Shown: positions 9,627 through 22,740 of the stretch, one piece after another
How the letters are laid out: every line of letters begins with the position of its first letter
How positions within the stretch are numbered: position 1 is the first letter of the stretch
Assembly: GCA_044868005.1 (NCBI GenBank)
Contig: JBIOVX010000147.1
Coordinates: 28,036-92,035 of the forward strand
Direction: 5' to 3'
From: Thermoanaerobaculia bacterium
GTDB taxonomy: Bacteria; Acidobacteriota; Thermoanaerobaculia; Multivoradales; UBA5704
Length of the DNA: 64,000 bases
The notes under the pieces: model-generated
The model's input: the letters and a program-made list of their open reading frames with translations, nothing else
Databases searched by the model: none
Told to the model about the DNA's origin: nothing
Position numbers and translations under genes: made by a program

Positions 9627-10460
9627 TCAGGCGGCCGGGATGAAGGCGTTGGGATCTTCCCACTGCCCCAGCTCCCACTGGAACTTCTGCGACTTGTCGA
9701 CGACGACCTGGCCGTCGTCGGGGCTGATGTAGATGCGGGCCCGCTCCAGCGGCCGCGGCGTCGGTCCTTCGAAGTTGACGCCGCTCTTGTAGTAGCCGCT
9801 GCCGTGACACGGGCACTTGAACTTGTTCTGCGTGTCGAGCCAGGCCGGCGGGCAGCCGAGATGGGTGCAGATGGCGATCAGCGCGTAGATCCGTCCCTGA
9901 TCGTGGACGATCCACACGCCGTACTTGTCGACGAAGCGGGTGTCCACCACGCCCGGGGGGAAATCCTCGGGCTTGCCGACCTTGAAGGTGGTGGGCGGCT
10001 CGAAGAGCACGTTGGGGAACATGAAGCGGCCCATCGCCGTCACGCAGCCGCCGATCGCCACCGTGAAGCCCACCCAGGCGACGGCGGCCCAGGAGAAGAA
10101 GCCACGGCGCGTCATGTCGGCGGGCGCATCGGCCTTGGCGGCCGGCCTCGCGGCCACCGGCGGCGCCTTCTCCGTGCCGCTCGCCGCGGGCGTGCCGGTG
10201 GCAGCCGCAGCGGCGGCCGCGGCTGCGGGCGCGGGGGAAGGCGCGGGCTTCCCCACCGCCGAGGCGGCCGGCGCGGCGGCGCCGGGCTGGGAGACGCGCG
10301 GCGCGGCCGTGCCACCGGCGACGGCAGGCGCTTCCTCGACGGGTTCTGCGGACGGCGGGGTCTTGAACGTATCGGAGGTGGCGGCCGGAGCTGCCGGCCC
10401 ACCGGCGCTCTCGGGAGCGGCCGGCCGGGACGGAGGGCTGCCTTCGGGTTCGTCAGCCAT
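9627..10460 (-). CDS. Rieske [2Fe-2S] protein with long Ala/Pro-rich N-terminal extension
   Basis: CTHLGC ... CPCHGS cluster boxes. Twin-arginine-like MTRRGFFSW at residue 116. AAAGGGG SD before ATG 10460. An alternative start at ATG 10115 would remove the extension. Confidence 0.85.
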   Translation of the reverse strand: MADEPEGSPPSRPAAPESAGGPAAPAATSDTFKTPPSAEPVEEAPAVAGGTAAPRVSQPGAAAPAASAVGKPAPSPAPAAAAAAAAATGTPAASGTEKAPPVAARPAAKADAPADMTRRGFFSWAAVAWVGFTVAIGGCVTAMGRFMFPNVLFEPPTTFKVGKPEDFPPGVVDTRFVDKYGVWIVHDQGRIYALIAICTHLGCPPAWLDTQNKFKCPCHGSGYYKSGVNFEGPTPRPLERARIYISPDDGQVVVDKSQKFQWELGQWEDPNAFIPAA

Positions 10461-10567
10461 GGGACCCCTTTCGTTGCGACGATTCGGCTACATCTGGAGA
10501 CATCTAGTCCTGCGACGTTTTGCGGGCTGCGTTTTTCTAAGCCAAACGCCCGGAGGTGTCAAGTGCG

Positions 10568-11443
10568 TCATCTTCTCTCCACCGCCTTGCGGGCCTCGAT
10601 CGCCGCCTGGCGCACCTTGAGGCTGGGATCTTCCTGGGCGAGCCGGTCGAACGTCGACCGGTAGCGCGCGCCCCCCACCGCGGCCAACGCCCGCAGGCCG
10701 CTGATCATCGCCTCCTCCTGCTGGTCGCGGGTGATGTCCGGCACCTGCGCGAGCAGCCGGCGGTCCACCATCGTCTCCAGCACCGGCAGGCCGGCGTCGC
10801 TCCCCAGGCGAGCGAGCGAGAGGGCGGCGTTCCAGCGCACGTCGGCGGTGGCGTCGTCGAGCGACTCCGTGAGGCGCGGCACGGCGGCGCGGTCGCCGAG
10901 CTCGCCGAGGGCGAAGGCCGCGGTCTTGCGCAGCCCCGCGTCCGGATCCCCGAGCGCGGCCTCGAGCGCGCCGCGCGCCCGCCGGTCGCCCAGGGTCCCG
11001 AGGGCCCAGAGCGCGTAGATGCGGGTCTTGTCGTCAGGATCCTCGAGCGCCTCGAGCAGCAACGGCACCGCTTCGGCGTCCCGCGTCCTGCCGAGGACCA
11101 GGGCCAGGTACTGCCGCATCTCTGGCTCCTTCGTCTCGCGGAAGAGCCGCCGCACCTCCTGCTTGGCGCCGGGTTCCTCATCGAGCGCTTTGGGGTCGGA
11201 GACGAGGATCTTCGACAGCTCGTAGGCCGCCTGCACCCGGCGCGGCTTCCACCACGACTGCAGGTCGTTCACGTAGTCCGCCGTCGACTGTTTGTCGTAG
11301 GCGATCCAGCCGAAGCCGATGAAGACCGCGACGCAGAGGATGACGACGAGGAGCGGCACGACGAAGAGGCCGAGAAACGAGCGCAGGGCGCTGCTCCCGG
11401 CCTCCTCACCAGCTTCTTCGGGAGGGACCTCGGGCTCGGACAT
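10568..11443 (-). CDS. membrane-anchored HEAT-repeat protein
   Basis: One N-terminal TM helix, then repeated ...AVPLLLEALEDPD...VR..AA.ALG... HEAT-like units. Heads the Rieske/cyt b gene string. Confidence 0.8.
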   Translation of the reverse strand: MSEPEVPPEEAGEEAGSSALRSFLGLFVVPLLVVILCVAVFIGFGWIAYDKQSTADYVNDLQSWWKPRRVQAAYELSKILVSDPKALDEEPGAKQEVRRLFRETKEPEMRQYLALVLGRTRDAEAVPLLLEALEDPDDKTRIYALWALGTLGDRRARGALEAALGDPDAGLRKTAAFALGELGDRAAVPRLTESLDDATADVRWNAALSLARLGSDAGLPVLETMVDRRLLAQVPDITRDQQEEAMISGLRALAAVGGARYRSTFDRLAQEDPSLKVRQAAIEARKAVERR

Positions 11444-11714
11444 CGGGGGCAGAGCATAGCGGAACGGAGGTCCGCCCGCCAGCGCGGCCCCATCCTTCCA
11501 TGTGGCCGCGCCTATCCCTCCGGGTGGGGCGCCGGCCGGCGCTCTCGGCGATCCTATGAATCAGGAAGGGGAGGGTTGGACGGCCGGGCTCAAGCCGACA
11601 CGGACCGAATCCCAGAGCGCCGCCGAGAACCGATTCCGGATCCGGAGCGCTGGCACCGTCTGACGGTTTCTTCAACCTCCTGGCTGAGTCCCATACCGCG
11701 TCCAGCCGCCCCTC

Positions 11715-13071
<1,357 letters not shown>

Positions 13072-13078
<7 letters not shown>

Positions 13079-13362
13079 TCGGCGGCGTGGCTCTTGGGAC
13101 GATGCCAGCCGAATCGGCGAGCATAACCAAAGCCAATACGGCGTAACCAGATCTGCGCACTGGGATTGCGGGCCAACAGACGGTCCGAGGCAGCCAGCTC
13201 CTCATCATCAATCTCGTAGGCTCCAGTTTCGATGTCGATGACGACGAACTTGCCTTTGTCTTCCGCCTTCACACGGGGAAGGACAACACGATCGTAGATC
13301 TCGTCGCCGCGTCGAGCAAACTCTTCTTTGGAATAACGGGGCTGCGTAGCTGCGGGACCCAT
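13072..13362 (-). CDS. small partner protein of the retropepsin cassette (function unknown)
   Basis: 96 aa, …KGKFVVIDIETGAYEIDDEELAASDRL…. Translationally coupled to 12701-13078. Visibly lower GC than the flanks. Confidence 0.7.
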
Positions 13363-13385
13363 ACTTCAAGTATATGACACGCGGC

Positions 13386-14780
13386 CTACTCCCCCTCCAC
13401 CCGGATCGGAAACAGCTCAGCCTGCCGCCGGTCGCCGGGGGTGATCGGCACGCGGTAATCGCCCGTCCAGCAGGCAGTGCAGTAGGAATCCCGCGGGCCG
13501 GAGACGGCGGCGAGCATGCCGTCGAGGGAGAGGTAGGCGAGGCTGTCCGCCTCGATGAATTGGCGGATTTCTTCGATGCTCTTCTGCGCCGCGATGAGCT
13601 CACCCCGGTCGGGCGTGTCGATGCCGTAGTGACAGGGCCATTGGGTGGGCGGCGCGGAGATGCGCACGTGGACCTCGGCGGCGCCGCCTTCGTCGCGCAC
13701 CATGCGCACGATCTTGCGCGAGGTGGTGCCGCGGACGATCGAGTCGTCCACCAGCACGACGCGCTTGCCGGCGAGCAGCTCCCGCACGGGGTTGAGCTTG
13801 ATCTTCACCCCGAAGTTCCGGATCGACTGCTTGGGCTCTATGAAGGTCCGTCCAACGTAGTGGTTGCGGGTCAATCCGAACTCCATCGGCAGACCCGACT
13901 CGCGGCTGTAGCCGATGGCGGCGTAGAGGCCGCTGTCCGGTACGGGGACGACGATGTCCGCCGCGGCCGGACCCTCGCGCGCCAGCCGCGCTCCCATGCG
14001 CAGCCGTGCCTGCGCCACCGAGTCGCCGAAGACCTTGCTGTCCGGCCGGGCGAAATAGACGTGCTCGAAGATGCAGCGGGAGGGCTGCGCGGTCTGCGGC
14101 AGGTTGTAGCTCTCGAGCCTGCCGTCGCGCGACACGACGACCTCGCCCGGCGCCAGCTCGCGCACGAAACGCGCTCCCAATAGATCGAAAGCGCAGCTCT
14201 CGGAGGCAAAGCAGGGAGAGCCGTCGAGGTCGCCGAGGACGAGCGGGCGGAAGCCGTTGGGGTCACGGGCGGCGATCAGCGCGCGGTCAGTTATCAGGAG
14301 CAGCGAATAGGCGCCGCGCACCTCCCCGAGCGCCAGAATGAACGACTCGACCAGGTCCGGCCGCGGGCTGCGCGCCATCAGGTGGAGGATGACCTCGGTG
14401 TCGCTGGTGGTCTGGAAGATGGAACCCTCCAGCTCCAGACGCTCGCGGATCTCGCCGGGATTGACCAGGTTGCCGTTGTGGACGATCCCGATCGGGCCCA
14501 TGGAGGTCTTGACGACGATCGGCTGGGCGTTGGCGACGACGCTCGATCCCGCCGTCGAGTAACGGGTATGGCCGATAGCCCGGTGGCCCGGCAGGCGGGC
14601 GATCACCTTCTCTTTGAAGATGTCCGAGACGTGGCCCATGCCGCGCTCCAGATGGAGCTGCGAGCCGTCCCAGGAGACGATCCCCGCGCTCTCCTGCCCG
14701 CGATGCTGCAGGGCGTAGAGCCCGAGGTACGTCAGGTTGGCCGCGTCGTCACAACCGTCGATGCCGAAGATGCCGCACAT
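13386..14780 (-). CDS. purF: amidophosphoribosyltransferase
   Basis: MCGIFGI N-terminal nucleophile Cys, PRTase fold motifs, C-terminal Cys ligands. Confidence 0.95.
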   Translation of the reverse strand: MCGIFGIDGCDDAANLTYLGLYALQHRGQESAGIVSWDGSQLHLERGMGHVSDIFKEKVIARLPGHRAIGHTRYSTAGSSVVANAQPIVVKTSMGPIGIVHNGNLVNPGEIRERLELEGSIFQTTSDTEVILHLMARSPRPDLVESFILALGEVRGAYSLLLITDRALIAARDPNGFRPLVLGDLDGSPCFASESCAFDLLGARFVRELAPGEVVVSRDGRLESYNLPQTAQPSRCIFEHVYFARPDSKVFGDSVAQARLRMGARLAREGPAAADIVVPVPDSGLYAAIGYSRESGLPMEFGLTRNHYVGRTFIEPKQSIRNFGVKIKLNPVRELLAGKRVVLVDDSIVRGTTSRKIVRMVRDEGGAAEVHVRISAPPTQWPCHYGIDTPDRGELIAAQKSIEEIRQFIEADSLAYLSLDGMLAAVSGPRDSYCTACWTGDYRVPITPGDRRQAELFPIRVEGE

Positions 14781-14781
14781 G

Positions 14782-16988
<2,207 letters not shown>

Positions 16989-16992
<4 letters not shown>

Positions 16993-17708
16993 CGCGCCGC
17001 CCTCAGCACGGCGCTCCCCGCCTCCACGGCGCTGGCCAGCAGGGCGAGCCCGTCCGTGTTGCCGAGGATCGGCTCGGAGCAACGCTCGGGATGGGGCATC
17101 AGGCCGAGGACGTTGCCGCCCGAGTTGCAGACGCCAGCGATGGCCCGGGCCGCGCCGTTCGGATTCCAGCGCGGATCGTCGTCCGACCGCTCTCCCTGCG
17201 GAGTCCCGTAGCGGAACACGACCTGGCGGTTCGCCTCGAGCGCGTCGAGCTTGTCCGGCGCGTCCTCGTAGTTGCCCTCGCCGTGGGCGATGGGCATGCG
17301 CAGCACCTGTCCGGCACGGAGCTTCCAGGTGAACGGCAGGTCCGCGCGTTCGACGCGCAGGTGGACCTCCCGGCTGAGAAAGCGCAGGCTCTCGTTGCGC
17401 CGCATGGCTCCCGGCAGCAGGCCCGCCTCGAGCAGCACCTGGAATCCGTTGCAGATGCCGAGCACCAGGCCGCCCGCCTCGGCGTGCCGCTTGACGGCGC
17501 CCATCACCGGCGAGAGAGCGGCCATCGCGCCGGCCCGCAGGTAGTCGCCGTAGGCGAAGCCGCCGGGCAGGACGATGAGGTCGCATCCCTTCAGGCTGTC
17601 GTCCTGGTGCCAGAGGAAGGTGGCGTCCTGCTGCAGGACGTGCTTGAGGACGTGGTAGACGTCGTGGTCGCAGTTGCTGCCGGGGAAGACGACGACGCCG
17701 CACCTCAT
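16989..17708 (-). CDS. purQ: phosphoribosylformylglycinamidine synthase, glutaminase subunit PurQ
   Basis: [14 protein letters not shown]…GICNGFQ catalytic Cys. ATG 17708 overlaps the purS stop. Confidence 0.95.
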
Positions 17709-17956
17709 GGCCGGCTCCCCAGGATCTCCACCGAGTAGTCCTCGACCACCGTGTTGGCGAGGAGCTTCTCGCACATCTCGCGCAGCTCGCGGTCCGCCGC
17801 CTCGGGGTCGTCGCCGCCGAGAGAGATCTCGAAGCTCTTGCCGGCGCGGACGTCCTCGACGCCCGGAAAGCCGACGCGGTTGAGCGCGTCGCGGATCGCC
17901 TTGCCCTGCGGGTCGAGGATCTCGCGGCGCGGATAGACGGTCACTCGTGCCTTCAC
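17705..17956 (-). CDS. purS: phosphoribosylformylglycinamidine synthase subunit PurS
   Basis: 83 aa, …[24 protein letters not shown]…. GTG start immediately after the upstream stop. Confidence 0.9.
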   Translation of the reverse strand: MKARVTVYPRREILDPQGKAIRDALNRVGFPGVEDVRAGKSFEISLGGDDPEAADRELREMCEKLLANTVVEDYSVEILGSRP

Positions 17957-18727
17957 TTACGTCACCTCCAGCCATGGGGTGGGATGGTCCTGCTCGGTGA
18001 GCGCCAGGTGCGCCGGGCAAGCCTCCCGGTCCAACGCCTCGCCGATGGCCGCCGCCGCCAGGGCGGGCAGATTATTGGTACGGGAGAGGTGATAGAGCAC
18101 CACCCAGCGCAGCCGGTCGCCGACCAGCTCGGGGAGGCCTTCGGCGGCCTCCCGGTTCGACAGGTGGCCGTGGCGGCCGGCCACCCGCTGCTTCAGGCTC
18201 CAAGGATACGGGCCATTGCGCAGCATGTCGAGATCGTGGTTGGTCTCCAGGACGAGGACGTCGAGATCCTTCAGCCGCCCCCAGGCGAGGCTGGTGCGGC
18301 AGCCGAGGTCGGCCACCAGGCCCAGCCGGCGGCCTTGGCGGTCCTCGACGAGCACGCCGATCGGCTCGGCCGCGTCATGGGGCAGCAGGAAGGGCTCGAC
18401 GACGAAGCCCGCCACCTCGCAGGGCTCGCCGGAGCGGATCTCGACCGCCCCCTCCAGCGCCTCGCCCCGCAAGCCGGCGCCGTCGAGGGTGCCGGCCGTG
18501 CCGTAGACCGGCAGCTTGAGCTTCTTCGCCAAGCGTTGCGCTCCCCGGCAATGGTCATTGTGCTCGTGGGTGAGCACCAGGCCGCCCAGCGTCGAGGGAT
18601 CGAATTCCAGCCGCTTCATCCGCTTCACCATCTCGCGGCAGGAGAAGCCGGCGTCGATCATCAGCCGGTGCGGACCGCTCTCGACGATGACGGCGTTGCC
18701 GCCGCTCCCCGATCCCAGGATCCCCAC
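17957..18727 (-). CDS. MBL-fold metallo-hydrolase
   Basis: THEHNDH (HxHxDH) motif. N-terminus [15 protein letters not shown]. Start assigned to in-frame GTG 18727 (uncertain). The rest of the 900-aa tracked ORF is open frame. Confidence 0.8.
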   Translation of the reverse strand: MGILGSGSGGNAVIVESGPHRLMIDAGFSCREMVKRMKRLEFDPSTLGGLVLTHEHNDHCRGAQRLAKKLKLPVYGTAGTLDGAGLRGEALEGAVEIRSGEPCEVAGFVVEPFLLPHDAAEPIGVLVEDRQGRRLGLVADLGCRTSLAWGRLKDLDVLVLETNHDLDMLRNGPYPWSLKQRVAGRHGHLSNREAAEGLPELVGDRLRWVVLYHLSRTNNLPALAAAAIGEALDREACPAHLALTEQDHPTPWLEVT

Positions 18728-18924
18728 GCGCAGCGGCGGGCCCGCGGGGAGCGCGGGCCTTGGCAGGGACGTTTCGGAGGCGCCGGCAGGCAGGAAAAAC
18801 TCGAAGACGCTCTGCTGGCCGGCTGATTCGGAGTCGAGCCGGCGACTGGAGGATCGGTTGTACAAGGAGAATGACCGCCCAGAGTGAAAGGTACCACATT
18901 TTGGGGGAACCTGCCCCCAGATCC

Positions 18925-19686
18925 CTAGAACTTGTATTCCTTGCCCTGCTCGAGGAATTCGAGGTCCGGATTGCGCAGCTCCCGGATCTCCTCGTGGATG
19001 CGCCGCACGCAAGGCGGCTTGAGGTGGTGCAAGAGGATCGGCACCTTCTTCTCCAGCTTGCGCAGCTCGGCGGCGAGCGTCTGCGGCGTCAGGTGCAGCG
19101 AGACGTCCGCCACCCGCTGCAGCGAGTTGTCGAAGCTGGTGTCGATGCACAGGGCCTTCAGGTTGGGAGTGCGGTTGGCGATCTCCCAGAAGCGCTGCGT
19201 CGGTCCGGTATCGCTCGACCAGAGGACCGCCGCGCCGTTGGCCTCGATGAGGAAGCCGTGGGTGGGTACCAGATGGTCTACCGGGATGGGTGTGAACTTC
19301 ACGCCATCGAGCACCACCGGCACCTCGCTCTCGAGCTCGTGGAAGCGCAACGCCGGCACCAGGTGGTTGGGCAGGCGGGTGAAGTCCGGCCAGGTGGCGT
19401 TGTTGAACAGGTACTTGCGCAGGGCGTAGATCGTCGCCGCCGAGGCGTAGATGTCGATCGCGCCGTCGCTTTTGCCGTAGACGTTCTCGATGAAGAAGGG
19501 CAGGGAGTTCGTGTGATCCATGTGGGAGTGGCTGAGCAGGATCGACTGCACCTCCTTCTGGCGCTCGACGGACAGGGCCTGCGAGAGGGACCCCGCGTCG
19601 AGGGCGATCGTGCCGTTGACCAGAAGGCAGGTCATGCGGCACTCCAGGCTCTCGCCTCCGTAGCCCCCAAGGACCTGGATCAGCAT
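18925..19686 (-). CDS. MBL-fold class-II-type 3',5'-cyclic-nucleotide phosphodiesterase-like protein
   Basis: LLSHSHMDHTNSLPFF motif. Start at internal ATG 19686 (MLIQVLGGYGG…). Confidence 0.75.
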   Translation of the reverse strand: MLIQVLGGYGGESLECRMTCLLVNGTIALDAGSLSQALSVERQKEVQSILLSHSHMDHTNSLPFFIENVYGKSDGAIDIYASAATIYALRKYLFNNATWPDFTRLPNHLVPALRFHELESEVPVVLDGVKFTPIPVDHLVPTHGFLIEANGAAVLWSSDTGPTQRFWEIANRTPNLKALCIDTSFDNSLQRVADVSLHLTPQTLAAELRKLEKKVPILLHHLKPPCVRRIHEEIRELRNPDLEFLEQGKEYKF

Positions 19687-19737
19687 ATATAGAAAGGATT
19701 GTATCCTTCCGGCCACCCGGGTAACAAGCAAGCCGCT

Positions 19738-19796
19738 GTAGGGGCGCCCCTGCGTGGGCGCCCTGAGGGGCAGGGCGGCCACATAGGCCGCCCCTG
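19738..19796. repeat. GC-rich palindromic (REP-like) element
   Basis: GTAGGGGCGCCCC palindrome followed by hairpin GGGCGGCC-acata-GGCCGCCC. Related to the hairpins at 28755-28820 and to GTAGGGGCGC at 3722. Confidence 0.6.
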
Positions 19797-19809
19797 CAAA
19801 GACGCTCTC

Positions 19810-22722
19810 CTAGAACCGCGTGCCGATCCAGAACTCGGTTCTGAACCCTTCGTCCTCGAGGCCGACGGGCGGCTTGTAGAGCTTGGCCAGATCCCAGTTG
19901 AGGTCGAGGCCGAGGAAGCGGACGGTGATCCCCCAGCCGTAAGAGGCGAGGCCGTCCTTGAAGCGCTTGGCGTCGGAGTCGTAGAGATCGAAGTCCTCGA
20001 ATTCGTCGTACCAGGCCCCGCCGACGTCGAAGAAGATGACGCCGCGCACACCCTGGAAGGCAACGACCGGCGTGGCGAGGAGATCGATCAACGGGAAGCG
20101 GTACTCCACGTTGGCGAAGAATCCGCGGTCGCCGTTGAGCGAGCGGAAGTCGACACCGCGCACGGTATCGAGCCCGCCGAAATAGTAAATGGTCGAGTTG
20201 TTGCCCTGGGAAGCCCCCGCGAAGGCCCGGAGAGCAAAGTTGCTGCGGGTCGTCACCTGGATGTACTGCCGGAAGTCGAGGCTGGCAGACTGGAAGAGCG
20301 TGCCGCTGGCGCCGAGGTCGGGAGCGTAGGCGACCCCAAATTTCCAGCGGCGGCCGGAGATCGCCCCGTAGTTGGCGTAGACGGCCGAATCGCCCACCAG
20401 CGCGCTCTGGACCAGCGGGAAGCTGTCGGAGTTTTCGATGAAATCGAGCGGGGCGCCGGGAAAGGCCTGGATGGGTTGAGCCACTTTCCAGTAAAAGTAG
20501 CCAATCCCGAACTCGGCCCGCTGGTAGAAGGTGAACGGATAGGTGATCGTCCCGATGGCGCCTGTCACCTGATAGGTGACGCGCCCGCGGTCGATGCGGT
20601 CCTGGATGGGGTCTCCCGTGTTGAAGAACGTCCGGTCGTCGAAGAGATTGACCCCCCATTGCCAGCGCCGCGAGAGGTCGGCGTAGAGGATGTTGAAGTT
20701 CGAGAAGCTGTCGATCGAGCTCAGGTTGGCGAAGATCCGCCGGTCGCCCAGGTAGTCCGAGAAGGTGAGCAGGATGTTGCCGAGGTAGCTCTGGTCGCTG
20801 TTGACGCCGATGTAGGTCTGGGCGTCCTCGAGGAAGAACTTGTAGCCGGCGTAGCGGCCCTTGTTGGCGTCGTCCAGGCTCACCTGGATATCGGGCTCGA
20901 AGTGCGGCAGGTCCTTCGCCAGGGTGGGCTCGGCGGGGATCTCGACGATCTGCGGGGCGGTGACCGGCTCTTCGGTTTCGGTTACGTAGAGGTCGAAGCT
21001 CCCCTTCCAGAAGCCGGTGAAGACCAGCCGCTCCTTCTCCTCGGGCTCGCGGAGGACGGTGGGCATGAAGGCGCCGGTCACCACGTCGGTGTACTGCCGG
21101 AGCTCGCCGCTCGCGAGGTCGAGGCTGAAGATGTTCTCCGGACCCTGGCGGTCCGAGGTGAAGTAGATCCGCTTGCCGTCGGGCGAGTAGACCGGATCGT
21201 TCTCGTTCGATTCGCCGGTCGTCAGCGCCAAACGGGTACCCGGCTTGTCGACAGCGGTGCGGAAGATCTTGGCGAAGCCGCTGCCGACGGAGGAGACGTA
21301 CGCCACCGTCCGGCCGTCCGGCGAATAGACGGGGGCACCGTCGAACAGCTCGTCGTTGGTGAGGTTGGTGATCGTCCGCGATTCGAGGTCGAGGAGGAAG
21401 ATGTCGAACTGGCCGTTGCGCCAGGCGGAGAAGGCGATCGTCCGGCCGTCGGGCGAGAACGCCGGCGCGCTCTGCTGCTCGAGATCGTCCATGTCGATGA
21501 TCTCGCGCAGGCCGCCGTTGAGGACGTCCACCAGCAGCAGGCTGCGCCCCTTCTCGCGGTGCGCGAAGACGGCGATGGTGTTGCCGTCCGACGAGAAGGA
21601 GATGTCCCGCCCCATCTTGCGTCCCAACGCGAGCTCCTGGGCCACCAGGTACTGGTATTCGTTCGAGAAGCCGCGGGTCAGGTTGCGGATCAGCGTGCGG
21701 TTCCTGGCGTCGTAGAGGACGACGTCGATGTCGCCCTTGTAGGCGGTCAGCGCCGCCACCAGGTCGCCGGAAGGCGAGGCGGCCGGCGAGAGGGTCTCGG
21801 TGCCGGTGGGCTGGTCCTCGATGCGGAACACCCGGCCGAAGTCGGAGGGCTCGCCGGTCTCGACGAGCTGCGGCAGATATTTCTTGCGCAGCCAGCGCCG
21901 GAATTCGATGTCGAAGTCCTCCGGCTCCAGCTTGAACGCCCGCTTGACGGCGCGGTCCACGCGCGAGCCGATGGTGTTGCGCACCTCGTAGAGGAAGTCG
22001 AGGAACCCTTCCTTGCCCCAGCGCTCCTCGACGAAGTCGAACACGGCGTGGCCGAAGCGGTAGGCGAAGAAGCCACCGAAATCCGACCGCGTCACCGAAG
22101 GGATGCGGTCGTTGACCACCGCGTCGCGCAGGTACATCTTGTCGCGCTCCGCCTCGTCTTTCGCCATGTAGCTCGCCATGCCCTCCATGAACCAGGTTGG
22201 CGGACCCGTGGCCACGGCCTTGGCGAGATTGCCTTGGAACAGCATGTGGTACTGGAAGATGTGGGTCAGCTCGTGCAGGATGAGCTGCATCAGCTCGCCG
22301 TCCGGCAGGTCGATCGGCAGCACCATGCGGAAGCGGGCCGGGCTGGCGAAGGCGCCGATGCCCTCGGGGATGAAGTTGAGGATGACGTTGTTCTGCTCGA
22401 AGGCCGAGTGCGTGGAGTAGAAGATCAGCGGCACCGGATCCTTGATCTGGAAGTTGAACTCCCGCGAGAGCTGGTCATAGGCGCTCTCGGCGTAGGAAAC
22501 CACTTTCTGGAGCTGCAGCTCCTCCTGCGTGTAGTAATAGAGATTGAAGTGAGGCGAGTGGTAGATCTGCCATTTGAAGTCCCGGTACTGGATCTTGTTC
22601 TTGCCGAACCCTTCGCCGTACCGCGAGGGTCCGAACTGGGCCTGCAGGGGAGCAAGGAACAACAGCAGCGAGCCGACGGCCAAGAGGCCCGCCAGGAACC
22701 GGCGATGCGATGAGCGGATCAA
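19810..22722 (-). CDS. outer-membrane fusion protein: signal peptide, HExxH Peptidase_MA-like domain, PD40/TolB-like beta-propeller, Omp85/surface-antigen-like C-terminal barrel
   Basis: Signal LLLFLAPLQAQ. LILHELTHIFQ … WFMEGMASY. Repeated SPDG(R/K)T(I/V)A(F/Y) PD40 motifs. Beta-barrel-like tail ending …FWIGTRF (terminal Phe). TTG start with AAGGAGA SD. Confidence 0.85.
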   Translation of the reverse strand: MIRSSHRRFLAGLLAVGSLLLFLAPLQAQFGPSRYGEGFGKNKIQYRDFKWQIYHSPHFNLYYYTQEELQLQKVVSYAESAYDQLSREFNFQIKDPVPLIFYSTHSAFEQNNVILNFIPEGIGAFASPARFRMVLPIDLPDGELMQLILHELTHIFQYHMLFQGNLAKAVATGPPTWFMEGMASYMAKDEAERDKMYLRDAVVNDRIPSVTRSDFGGFFAYRFGHAVFDFVEERWGKEGFLDFLYEVRNTIGSRVDRAVKRAFKLEPEDFDIEFRRWLRKKYLPQLVETGEPSDFGRVFRIEDQPTGTETLSPAASPSGDLVAALTAYKGDIDVVLYDARNRTLIRNLTRGFSNEYQYLVAQELALGRKMGRDISFSSDGNTIAVFAHREKGRSLLLVDVLNGGLREIIDMDDLEQQSAPAFSPDGRTIAFSAWRNGQFDIFLLDLESRTITNLTNDELFDGAPVYSPDGRTVAYVSSVGSGFAKIFRTAVDKPGTRLALTTGESNENDPVYSPDGKRIYFTSDRQGPENIFSLDLASGELRQYTDVVTGAFMPTVLREPEEKERLVFTGFWKGSFDLYVTETEEPVTAPQIVEIPAEPTLAKDLPHFEPDIQVSLDDANKGRYAGYKFFLEDAQTYIGVNSDQSYLGNILLTFSDYLGDRRIFANLSSIDSFSNFNILYADLSRRWQWGVNLFDDRTFFNTGDPIQDRIDRGRVTYQVTGAIGTITYPFTFYQRAEFGIGYFYWKVAQPIQAFPGAPLDFIENSDSFPLVQSALVGDSAVYANYGAISGRRWKFGVAYAPDLGASGTLFQSASLDFRQYIQVTTRSNFALRAFAGASQGNNSTIYYFGGLDTVRGVDFRSLNGDRGFFANVEYRFPLIDLLATPVVAFQGVRGVIFFDVGGAWYDEFEDFDLYDSDAKRFKDGLASYGWGITVRFLGLDLNWDLAKLYKPPVGLEDEGFRTEFWIGTRF

Positions 22723-22740
22723 CGGGATCTCCTTTTGTTC

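Noticed and set aside
9925-10620. Ala/Gly/Pro-rich ORFs opposite the Rieske N-terminal extension (9925-10620 +, 10112-10402 -).
   Set aside because: They are low-complexity mirror frames of the Ala/Pro-rich coding segment and have no independent start signals.
11444-11714. Possible small gene or ncRNA in the 271-nt hemF / HEAT-gene spacer (e.g. ORF 11406-11675, minus strand).
   Set aside because: The ORF product is Arg/Gly/Pro-rich with no SD, and I could not recognise any conserved RNA structure. It is most simply the promoter/leader of the Rieske/cyt b string.
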